Source: Chiloscyllium plagiosum (taxonomy: Eukaryota). From it: DNA of 64,000 nucleotides. Below, piece by piece: positions 54,051 through 64,000 of this stretch. Made by a program: the position numbers and the translations under genes. The notes beneath the pieces are model-generated. The model saw only the letters and a list, made by a program, of their open reading frames with translations. It was not told the origin of the DNA and ran no database searches. The first letter of the stretch is position 1, and each line of letters begins with the position of its first letter. The stretch spans positions 69,440,401 to 69,504,400 of the forward strand of contig NC_057719.1 of the NCBI RefSeq assembly GCF_004010195.1, given 5' to 3'.

Positions 54051-55199
54051 TAATAAGAGAGGCAGTTCATTCATATGAAGATGACAATGTTTGCTTTAAG
54101 CTTAACTTTGATCACAAAGTTATTTGCACTGAAAGATGAATGAAAACAGAAACAGAATAACCAAGGGAGACTGCAGCACCGACTATTGTACGTTATAACT
54201 CATTGACGTAGTGCACTGGAAATCATGCCCTGACTGCTCCCAAAGTCATGGCAAACATGAAGTTTTAATAAAGCTACTAAAAATCTCTATCTGCCTCTGA
54301 CTGACTGACTCAGGGTAAAAGGGAATGACATCAAGTTCTTTTATTAAAGTACCAAAAATTTCTACATATAACACAACTTTAACAAGAACAGTATTTATAT
54401 TGTAAACTCACTACTTAACACACAAAACCAATATGGACTGGAGGGAATAAAATAACCATAAAAGAGTTCTGTACCACTGGTAAAAATCTCAAACTAGATT
54501 TCACAATTCTTTAGATTCAATGCCTTGATGTTATCTACACAGCAATGATCAATTTGTAGTCTGCTGGTTACTTGATTGCATTTGGGGATTTTCTACCAGC
54601 CTCTGGGTTTTAGAATTATTTCTTTTAACATTTCCAAATGCAATTTTTCTGCTCTTTTGACTGAAAATTGAAGACAGCAGTTTAGAGAGCAAGATTGATG
54701 TAAATAACTTCTGGAGGGCTCCTTGCTTCCCAATGTTTCACTCACTTCACAAGAGTCCATAAACTGCATTCTGAGCAGATTGTTACTGCCATGTGGGCTT
54801 TGCAGAACCTATAACAAATGGTCCTAACCTGTCTGGACTCTATGTCCTCGAAAAGCATCACTGAGCACATGCGTCAGTAAGCTTCATTTGTTTTTCCAAG
54901 CCGCAGACAACTTCTTGTACAATGACCAATGCCTATTTTTCCTCAATTCCAGTCCATAGTCCAAAAATAAAAGATCTAAGTCTCTGACACGAGAGTGTAA
55001 AACATTTGTCACTGGTCTTCTCACTTGTCAAAAGATACCTGGATCTTGGCATGAAAGGTGTAGGACCTACTTACCCATTGCATTGGTGTCCCGCAATTAA
55101 CAAAAATCAAGCATTCCGAATTATTCACAGCATTTTCTTTATTTCTTATATCCAGCATTGGCAGCACTTTACGAAGTACCATCATTTTCATTTTAGTCA

Positions 55200-55470
55200 A
55201 ATAGTCAGACCTGTACAGCAGGAAACAGACCCTTCAGTCCAACTCGTCCATGCTGACCAGATATCCTAAATGAATTTAATCCCATTTGCCAGCTTTTGGC
55301 CAATATCTCTCTAAACCCTTTCTATTCATACACCCATCCACATGCCTTTTAAAATGTTGTAGCTGTATCAGCCTCCACCACTTCCTCTGGCAGTTCATTC
55401 CATACATGCACCATGCTCTGCATGAAAACGCTGCCCCTTAAGTTCCTTTTTCATCTTTCCTCTCTCACCT
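55200..55470 (-). mobile_element. CR1 3' end
   Basis: Matches the 3' ends at 46671 and 62390. Confidence 0.87.
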
Positions 55471-55474
55471 GAAG

Positions 55475-55955
55475 CCACATGGACGTGCAGTCCCTCGACA
55501 CATCAATCTCTCATCATAACTGTCTGAACTCTGCTTCTTCCTTGAAAAAGTCTGCACAGCTTAAAGCATCACCACCTTCCTTTGACTGGTTGATTTCATT
55601 CTACTTTGAATTTCTTCTTTAACTCATCTCATTTTCTCTAGATCATGGGTACCCAAGAGTCCCAGCTAGACAGGTCTCTCTGGGGTATGCAGAAGATTTC
55701 ATCATTCCAGTCCTACTCAGGCTTACATCCACAATTCTTTCTCCAATACATGGTTGTCAGCCTTCAGTGCTACTTCCTACTCTTGTCTGGAATTGGAACG
55801 ATTCACCAGTTTTCCTTCCAATTTCCATTCTTCTCTCATCTTCATCTGGTCCACCTCAGACTCTTCCCTTCTCTTCCCTTTCCTTCCTTGACAGTACTGT
55901 TTCCATTTTTGAGGATAGGTTGTTCACAAGTACCTATTACAAGCCAACATCTCTT
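55475..55955 (+). pseudogene. Penelope-like reverse transcriptase fragment, decayed
   Basis: Remnants MDVQSLDTSISH, FNSSHFL, MGT...PS, FIWSTSDS.LSFLDSTVSIFEDRLFTSTYYKPT follow the order of PLE RT motifs. Confidence 0.75.
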
Positions 55956-56789
55956 TCATACACTTACACTTTAACTCCTTACATCAAACAGGACACTTTG
56001 GAAGTCTAGCTACAATATCCACAACTTACTTCCCTACTTCCTTTAAAACTACAAGAGTTTTAACCATGAGTAGTAACCATCACTTCTCAGGGACTAATCT
56101 GTCTTCATTTCCATTATTTTTCCAAATACTGTTTTATTACGCACAGAATGTCCCAATCTGGCATGTTTTATGAGGAAACAATCTGCTTTATATAGTTTAA
56201 GACGTACAAAATGTTTAGGTGCATTGCTGAAGGGAATAAATCAAAGCCCTTCCTGCTGCATTTATCAGGATTAAAATACCAAGACAACACCTTATAAAGA
56301 GGAGGGATGATTTATACAGCATGAAAAGAGGATGCCATTTGGTTGGCCCATTATCTGTATGAAGATACAGCATGAGCCATCAAATGTCAATCATAGTCCT
56401 CATAGCAGATTGGTAAACTGATTAGTCAGGGTGCAATCCTTGGAATTCAGCAGATTAAATTTGCACAAACATCACATGTGTGTCATTGAAGGGGATCACA
56501 GAGATTGCTAATCTCTGCTATATTCGTGTAACAACACTAACCAGAATCTACCTGCTTGCTCCGAGAACAAAGACGGATAGTTAACTGCCCTTGTTGCAGC
56601 TCCAAGTCAATGATGCTTAAAAAAAAATTAGTACTTCCTTTTAATATATACTAGAAAAATTTGTAACTTTTTTCAAATCTGTTTGTTGCATCTTAGCCCT
56701 GACGAGTGCAAGACAAAGACGCTTTGACTGCTGGTCTCCTCTTAGACATTAAATTAGACCATGAGTATTAAACAAAAACAAAAACAAAA

Positions 56790-56882
56790 ACAAATTGCAG
56801 GAAGAGCTCAGCAGGTCTGGCAACATCTCTAGAGAGAAATAAAAGTTAATGTTTCAGGTCAAGTGACCCTTCCTCAGAACTT
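56790..56882 (-). mobile_element. PLE-derived short repeat carrying a minimal hammerhead motif (56843-56882)
   Basis: The rc reads AAGUU-CUGAGGA-AG-GGUC-ACUU-GACC-U-GAAA-CAU-U-AACUU, with complementary stem I and stem II. Confidence 0.7.
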
Positions 56883-57106
56883 GTGTTAATACGGTTTTCT
56901 TGTCCATGTCCATGATAATGAGGGTCAGTTAGCTAGCTGGCTGGCTTGTACACTCCATAGTGAGGTATCAGAAGACTCAGAAGCAATGTTAGAAGTCTGG
57001 AGGAGACAGAGCAGCTCAAGGTGAAAGCACTCAGCAGATATCTTGAAATTTAAAAATGAGGAATGGTCAGAGTTATCAAAATCATCACTACTGAGGGGCA
57101 AATCAT

Positions 57107-58580
57107 TAGAACAGGAACAGGAGCAGGAATAGACCATCTAAGCTCTGCTATTCAATAAAGATCATGGTGGATGTTTCTGTGGCCACAGGTCCACTTACCC
57201 GCCCTCTCACTATAACCCTTAATTCCTTTACTGTTCAAAACAATATCTATCTTAGTTTTAAAAACATTTACTGAGGAAACCACAATTACCTCACTGGGCA
57301 GGGAATTCCATAGATTCACAACCCTCTAGGTGAAGCTGTTGCTTTTCAATTCAGTCCTAAACCTGCCCCCTCTAACTTTGTGACTTTGCCCTCTTTTCCC
57401 AGTTTCACCTGCCAGTGGAACATCCTCTTTACTTCCATCTTATCTATTGCCTTCATAAATTTGTATTTTTCTTCTAAATTCCAATAAATATAATCCCAGT
57501 CTACTCAAACTCTCCTCATAAGCCAACCCAACCGAGTGAACCTCATCTACACCCCTTCTTGTGCCAGTACATCCTTTCTCAAGTAAGGAGACCAAAACTG
57601 CATGCAGTACTCCAGGTGTGGCCTCATCAACTCCCTATATAGCTGCAACATAACCTCTCTGCTTTTAAACTCAATCCCTTTAGCAATGAAAGACAAAATT
57701 CCATTTACCTTCCTAATTACTTGTTGTACCTGCAGACTAACCTTCTGTGATTCATGCACAAGGACACCCAGGTCCCTCTGCACAGCAGCATGCTGCAATT
57801 TCTTACCATTCAAGTTACAGTCCTTTTTATTATTATTCTTACCGAAAAAGCTGACATTACATTTATTAACATTGTACACCATCTGCCAGCCCTTTGCTCA
57901 CTCACTCAAAGCAGCTACTTTCCTTTGCAAAGTTTCACAGTCCTTTGCACACTTTGCCCTATCACCCATCTTAGTGTGTCAACATTTGCTGATGATGCTA
58001 AGTGTCCCCAACTCCAAATCATCAATGTAAATAGTGAATAAATGCAGTCTCAACACTGACTCCTGAGGCACACCCCTAGTCACTGATCAGGAGGAGAAAG
58101 TGAGGTCTGCAGATGCTGGAGAACAAAGTTGAAACTTTATTGCTGGAACAGCACAGCAGGTCAGGCAGCATCCAGGGAACAGGAGATTCAAGATTCATGA
58201 ATCTCCTGTTCCCTGGATGCTGCCTGACCTGCTGTGCTGTTCCAGCAATAAAGTTTCAACCTAGTCACTGATCACCAACCAGAATAGAATTCATTCCTAC
58301 ATTTTGCTTCCTGTTGGTTAACCAATCCTCTATCCATGCTAATACATTGCCCATAACGCCTGGCATCTTTTCTTATGCAGTAGCCTATTTTGTGGCTCCT
58401 TGTCAAGTGCTTTTTGGAAATCTAGATACAACACATCTACTGGGTCTCCATTGTCCACCACATTCGTAATGCTTTCATAGGATTCCAAAAGGTTAGTTAA
58501 GCATGACCTGCCTTTCATGAACCCGTGCTGAATCTGCCCAGCAGGACAATTTCTATCTAGATGCCTATCTAAATCCTCCA
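57107..58580 (-). mobile_element. CR1 LINE RT and 3' end, interrupted by a fold-back insertion
   Basis: QHGFMKGRSCLTNLLE...VDVLYLDFQKALDK and RPHLEYCMQFWSPYLRKDV. Confidence 0.92.
58090..58260. mobile_element. Fold-back PLE-derived element with a perfect 63-bp inverted repeat and a 14-15 bp TSD
   Basis: Arms 58128-58190 and 58198-58260 are exact reverse complements. TSD (C)CTAGTCACTGATCA at 58075-58089 and 58260-58274. Confidence 0.93.
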
Positions 58581-60689
58581 CAAAACTCCTTGTGCATTAC
58601 AATCCAGTGGGAACTATTAACATTTGAAAAGAAATCCAAATACCTCCACTTAACCAACAGAACCGTGCCACAAGATTTCACTGTGTATTTAAATTATTGT
58701 ATTAAAAAATAATTAAACCAATCCCATTAACAAGAATTTATAACTGTTACACATTCTGGCCTCATTCTCCCAATAATTCTGGGTTACTCCAATGCATTTT
58801 TTCACTTCTGAAGGGACCACACATGTATACTACAGTCCTCTGTAGAACTGTCTTGAACTTCAGCTATGCTCAGGAGCAAAACAAACTTTCTCCCCCTTGA
58901 TGGTCAAGGCTTCAGTCCCCTGTGTCGGTTTTCCACAACTTCCAAGCTAATCAGCTGGTTACTTTCTTTTGCAATAATGCAGGCTGATTCCCACTAACTT
59001 CAAATTAGTCAAGCTTCCAGCTTAAGTTCCCTCAAGATTTGAACTAAGATTGTGACTTCCATGCAGTTCGACTACACTGTACCTCACTGTTTACAGTGAG
59101 GTCTGTCATTTATTTTGGCTAACTGCTGTCAATCTGCTGCAAATTTCACAAAGTCTACAAATCCAAACATCAATAAGAATTTTCAGGAATATCAATATCT
59201 TTTCAAACAATTCAGAAACGGATCCTATTTTTAAAAAAGATCTTTCAGACTTTTTCCGTTTCTATATATGCACTGAATTTGTTGTGGTATGTTTCATGAT
59301 CAATTCACTTTGTTAATTCAAGAAAGTCTGGTTAAACGACTCCTTTAGAATACAAGTCCATTTGAGACTGTAAGAAAGGTATCCATTAATGAAAGAAACA
59401 GTTACAAATAAACCTTGTTACAATCAACTGATGGGGTATATGAATAAAGATGGGGAACCTGTTCATTCCTCCTCAACAGGAGCTTAATAGTTTGAGGCAG
59501 AGGGGTTCCCTCTGGAATTTTAATGACTTGGGGAATCTTGTACAGGGGGTCTTCTTACAGCAATCTATACTTCAACCCCAGTTCCCACACTAATTGAAAT
59601 AATTCCCAAGGCCTGCCACCTCAGTTTACAAAACAACAATAGCATGACATGAGCCATGATTGGCAAACCTCATTACAAAGATTGCTTCAGCGTGGAAGCT
59701 TGTTTGAAAGGGGATGTCGCTGATCTAAAACCATCTGTTTTGTTTTCAAATTTAGTCATCCACCCAGAAATTGTTTGTAAATGTTGGACAGAGTCAACAG
59801 TGTGCCAACCTAGATCTCATGCCAGTCAAATAGACTGAATATGTACACCAGACTGAATATTTGAGAGAGGTATAATGGGGTGACCGATAAGAATACACTA
59901 CATGGAAGGATTCAACTTTCAAGTCAAATTTGGCAAAGGTGAACATTTCAATTCTCTTCACTGAAAAGAGTACATCATAACTGAAATCACTAGACCTTAA
60001 ACACATTTAATTTTTGTAAATATGCATTACTTTAAAATACAATGCATAGAAATCCAAGTACCCATGCAGTTGAACCAATGTTACAAAACACTGCATAATT
60101 CACTGTTCAAAAGCAGCTTAATTCAAAACAATGGACTTCAAGTACCAAATGCAGTAATGCATTGAAAATTTGAAGATTTTGTCTAGCAGATATTTATATC
60201 GGCTCTACAACAGAACCAGCAGCTAATAAGCTTACACAGCTTTTGTATGAATAGTCTCCTATAACAAATTCAATTTTTAGCTGCTGAAAGTAAAATCATC
60301 TGGTTAACATATACTAAGTTGAAATATTCATTGAATGATCAACGTACAAATAAACATTCATTAACTCTTATAACGATGAATTTCTATGCATTATGATTTA
60401 CTAAAAACAAAATACAATTACCTTTAATAGTTCTTCTTCCAATACATGCTGCACTTGGTACAAACTTGAAAAACTTTTAATCAATACAAACATGTTGTGA
60501 CACTTCATGGCAGGTAGGAATTGAACCTGGCTTTCTTGCCCAGAAGTAGGGACAATAACGCTGTGCCATAGTATTCCTTCCCTACTTTCAGTGCTAATGA
60601 AGATATAAATAGGAAAGGATAGCTACGCGGATTCATCATTGAAGTCTAAGGGCAGATTATGACTCTAATTTATTCTAGAAATATAGATA

Positions 60690-61005
60690 ATGCAGGCTTT
60701 GGCCAGCATCTATTGTGCATCCCCAAGTGCCCAGAGGATGATTAAGAGTCAACCACATTGCTCTGGGACTGCAGTCATGTGTAGACCGAACTAGATAAGG
60801 GTGGAAAATTTCCTTCCTAAAAAAAAAAGTACAGTGAATCAGATTTGTTTTTACAACATTTGACCTGATTGCCATTAGACTAGCTTTTTTAATGCTAGAT
60901 TTTTAAAACAAGTTTTTGAATTCAAGTAACACCATGGTGGAATTCAAATTTATTGTCTAAGAACATTCACCTCAGATTCTGGATTACTGTCCAGTGACAT
61001 TCCGA
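60690..61005 (-). mobile_element. tRNA-derived SINE
   Basis: The rc has a head ATGTCACTGGACAGTAATCCAGA, a core GCAATGTGGTTGACTCTTAA and a tail GGGCACTTGGGGATGCACAATAGATGCTGGCC. Confidence 0.7.
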
Positions 61006-61029
61006 CAACTTGCTTTTGGCAATATCAGT

Positions 61030-61350
61030 GGTTGTCATTCCCAGCCAGCCTTTCCTTGATGTTTGGAGTCTCTGCTGAAAAAAACTTGCAATTTCAGCAA
61101 TAATGGGGATCTTCTGCAGCATCCCTCTTTTACAATATATTTCCTGAGGCAAGGAAAACTATACAGTAATCCAGGTGCAGTCTTCTATAAATCACTGAAG
61201 AAAGACTTCTCTGCTCCTGCACTCAAATCTTCTTGCAATAAAGGCTGATATTCTATTAGCCTTCCTAATAGCTTGCTGCACCTACATGTTTAGCCTTGTA
61301 CATCTTGGGCCCTTTGCACATTGACTCTTTTCCATCTCTTACTAATTAAG
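61030..61350 (-). mobile_element. Old CR1 fragment
   Basis: Plus strand CCTGAGGCAAGGAAAACTATACAGTAATCCAGGTG is the rc of the HLEYCVQFWSP region. Confidence 0.65.
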
Positions 61351-61797
61351 GGTTTAGTTCACTTCACATATGATAAGTTCCAACATGATGAGGCAATACT
61401 AAACTCTTGATTTAGAGCTGGTAATTTGATGGTACTCAACAAGAGATTGGAATCCAAATATTCCATAAGTTGAACAAATTTTTTTTTAAAAATGAAGCAA
61501 TTTGAATGCACGTTTCTAAAAATTGTTGAAACAATTTCCTTATGAAACAGGAATGATCAGAACATTGATGAAACACAATAACAGCATACATAATGTATTT
61601 TCCAAAAGGTTTTTCTAAACTACTGTATGACTTTAAAATCTTTGTTATCTAACATGTAAGAACAAAGATATTTTGTTCTGCCAGTCTACATTTCTTTTAG
61701 CGTTCAGCACTTAGTTTCTTCGAGCAGTGAGGGTGTAGGTATTTATTAAGTAACTAGATGCCAATGATGAAACCAAAACAGAGTTAAATTTAACTAC

Positions 61798-61951
61798 CTG
61801 ATAGGCAGATGTAGGTCAAATATTCCCCCTGACCTCCTGTTGCGAGAAATGGAATCTTTTTTTTGGTTCTTCGCTTGACCTGGACTGCTGCAAGCATGCG
61901 CTCATCGTGTGGAGCAAAGATTTCTTTGCTGATAGCAGATTTGGCACTCAT
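61798..61951 (-). CDS. STXBP6: First coding exon of syntaxin-binding protein 6 (amisyn), codons 1-51 plus 1 nt; the whole exon, including 5'UTR, is 61986-61798
   Basis: Manual minus-strand translation gives MSAKSAISKEIFAPHDERMLAAVQVKRRTKKKIPFLATGGQGEYLTYICLS, nearly identical to the vertebrate amisyn N-terminus as I recall it. The acceptor is a polypyrimidine tract + AG (ttctttttccttag|G, exon starts at 61986) and the donor is TCAG|GTAGTT after 61798. An extra in-frame ATG lies at 61954. Confidence 0.96.
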
Positions 61952-62389
61952 CATGGATTGGAAGAAGAGAAGGCAGCTTTATGTACCTAAGGAAAAAGAA
62001 AGCAATTAATTATGGTAAATCATTTAATCAGATGCAAAGAACTCACATAGCGTAACTAAGTTTACTTTAAGATAACCTACTCAAAATCAGACATGGTTAA
62101 AAATCACATCTCATGCCCTAAACTTTTAATCAAATTGAACGAACAAACATTTGGCAAACTCATTGTCAGGAAATTGAAACAGCCTACTTGTAAAAATATA
62201 ATTTCAGAAATTCAGATAGAACAAAAATTCGGAGAAAGTACGTTGTATCACCAATGAAAAAGCTACTTGAGGCAAGGTACAGAAACACATCCAAAAGTGC
62301 TTCAAATGATATTCCATCAAGTTTTCAAGAAGAAATTGAATTGGAATAGAAAATTAAGCTGAAACTTCTGATACAGTGCAAAGCTAAAC

Positions 62390-63396
62390 AGAGTCATAGA
62401 GATGTACAGCATGGAAACAGAACCTTCGGTCCAACTCGTCCACGCCGACCAGATATCCCAACCCAATCTAGTCCCACCTGTCAGTACCCGGCCAATATCC
62501 CTCCAAACCCTTCCTATTCATATACCCATCCAAATGCCTCTTAAATATTGCAATTGTACCAGCCTCCACCACATCCTCTGGCAGCTCATTCCATACACGT
62601 ACCACCCTCTGCGTGAAAAAGTTGCCCCGTAGGTCTCTTTTATATCTTTCCCCTCTCACCCTAAACCTATGCCCTCTAGTTCTGGACTCCCCAACCCCAG
62701 GGAAAAGACTTTGCCCTTTATAATTTTGTAAACCTCTATAATTTTGTAAACCCCTCAGCCTCCAAAGCTCCAGGGAAAAACAGCCCCAGCCAATTCAGCC
62801 TCTTCCTATAGCTCAAATCCTCCAAACCTGGCAACATCCTTGTAAATCTTTTCTGAACCCTTTCAAGTTTCACAACATATTTCAGATAGGAAGGAGACCA
62901 GAAGTGCATGTAATATTCCAACAGAGACCTAACCTATGTCGTGTACAGCCACAACATGACCTCCCAACTCCTGCACTCAATGCTCTGACCAATAAAGGAA
63001 AGCATACCAAACGCCTTCTTCACTATCCTATCTACCTGCGACTCCACTTTCAAGGAGCTATGAACCTGCATTCCAATGTCTTTGTTCAGCAACACTCCCC
63101 AGGACCTTACCATTAAGTGTATAAGTCCTGCTAAGATTTGCTTTCCCAAAATGCAGCACCTCGCATTTATCTGAATTAAACTCCATCTGCCACTTCTCAG
63201 CCCATTGGCCCATCTGGTCCAGATCCTGTTGTAATCTGCGGTAACCCTCTTCGCTGTCCACAACACCTCCAATTTTGGTGTCATCTGCAAACTTACTAAC
63301 TGTACCTCTTATGCTCACATCCAAATCATTTATGTAAATGACAAAAAGTAGAGGTCCCAGCACCGATCCTTGTGGCACTCCACTGGTCACAGGCCA
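62390..63396 (-). mobile_element. CR1 LINE RT and 3' end, upstream of the STXBP6 coding exon
   Basis: [21 protein letters not shown]...KFADDTK...[10 protein letters not shown] and FFTQRVVRVWNELP. Confidence 0.95.
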
Positions 63397-63590
63397 ATTC
63401 AAACAGGATCTTTGAACCAAGTATACTGCTCTTTTGAATAATATTCAAGTGCAACAAAATATCCTTCTACTGATTTCTTTGAGCACAATGTGCTTGAAGA
63501 CTTGTTTTTAAATTGAATTCATTGGTGATACTCAATTGTCTTTGAGAAGCTAGTGGCAAGTTGCTTTCTTAATCCATTGCAGTAAAGAGG

Positions 63591-63855
63591 CTTGCAGCGT
63601 GGTGGTTCAGTAGTTAGCAATGCAGCCTCACAGCACCAGTTTCAATTCCAGACTCGGGCAACTGTTTGTGTAGAGTTTGCACATTCTGTGTCAGCCTAGG
63701 TTTCCTCCCACAGCCCAAGGATGTGTAGGCTAGGTGGATTAGCCAATGGAAATGCAAGACTACAAGAATATGGGAGGGGGATGGGATGCTCTGGAGAAAT
63801 CAGGTGTGGACTCGATGGGCCAAATGGTCTGCTTCCACACTGTCGGGATTCAATG
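63591..63855 (+). mobile_element. Diverged HE1-type V-SINE
   Basis: Head GTGGTTCAGTAGTTAGCA and V-domain remnant GAGTTTGCACATTC...GGTTTCCTCCCACAG. Confidence 0.8.
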
Positions 63856-64000
63856 CTTCGACTTGGTGCAGATATACCCAGAGTGCCGATATCAGGTTAG
63901 CAGTGTTAAAGTACATTCCGCCTTTAGCTTTCATTTTAATACTAATTTGCTATGCTGTTATCAATAATGATTTGGTGAGTTCAACTGTATTGTGGACTCA

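Larger units (their letters stand above)
1..61797 (-). other. STXBP6: Intron of STXBP6 following the first coding exon (at least 61.8 kb, continuing beyond the window start)
   Basis: GT donor at 61797-61796. A visual scan found no sequence encoding the next amisyn segment (VTNKKPTQASITKVKQFEGS...) in the window. Confidence 0.75.

Noticed and set aside
54200..54990. Possible solo LTR (similar texture at ~14700-15400 and ~58600-59200)
   Set aside because: I could not identify paired LTRs, a PBS/PPT, a TSD or gag/pol sequence, so support is insufficient.
1..61797. Additional STXBP6 coding exons
   Set aside because: Candidate CCTTCAAA hits (the rc of FEG codons) at about 17158, 23862, 24561, 30393, 32443 and 39280 do not extend into amisyn sequence. 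This was a visual scan only.
1..64000. CRISPR array or prokaryotic defence/operon system
   Set aside because: The sequence is vertebrate intronic DNA with no regularly spaced repeat-spacer structure and no gene-dense coding regions.

Overview
AT-rich, CpG-depleted vertebrate genomic DNA, almost certainly from a shark or ray (HE1-type V-SINEs, abundant CR1/HER1-like LINEs). The only host-gene coding sequence I can support is the first coding exon of STXBP6 (amisyn) on the minus strand: exon 61986-61798, encoding MSAKSAISKEIFAPHDERMLAAVQVKRRTKKKIPFLATGGQGEYLTYICLS. The ORF track misses it. I found no later STXBP6 exon, so bases 1-61797 appear to be one very long intron. That intron holds many decayed CR1 LINEs, several SINE families, an RTE 3' end, a decayed two-gene Harbinger DNA transposon and several Penelope-like element (PLE) families. 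The most notable signal is a set of short PLE-derived fold-back insertions with consistent 15-16 bp target-site duplications and remnants of minimal hammerhead ribozymes. They include a perfect 63-bp hairpin and a mini-element with tandem pseudo-LTRs. No hammerhead copy in the window has a fully intact core. Repeat boundaries are read by eye and are approximate unless a TSD is given. Family names come from motif recognition, not from database searches.
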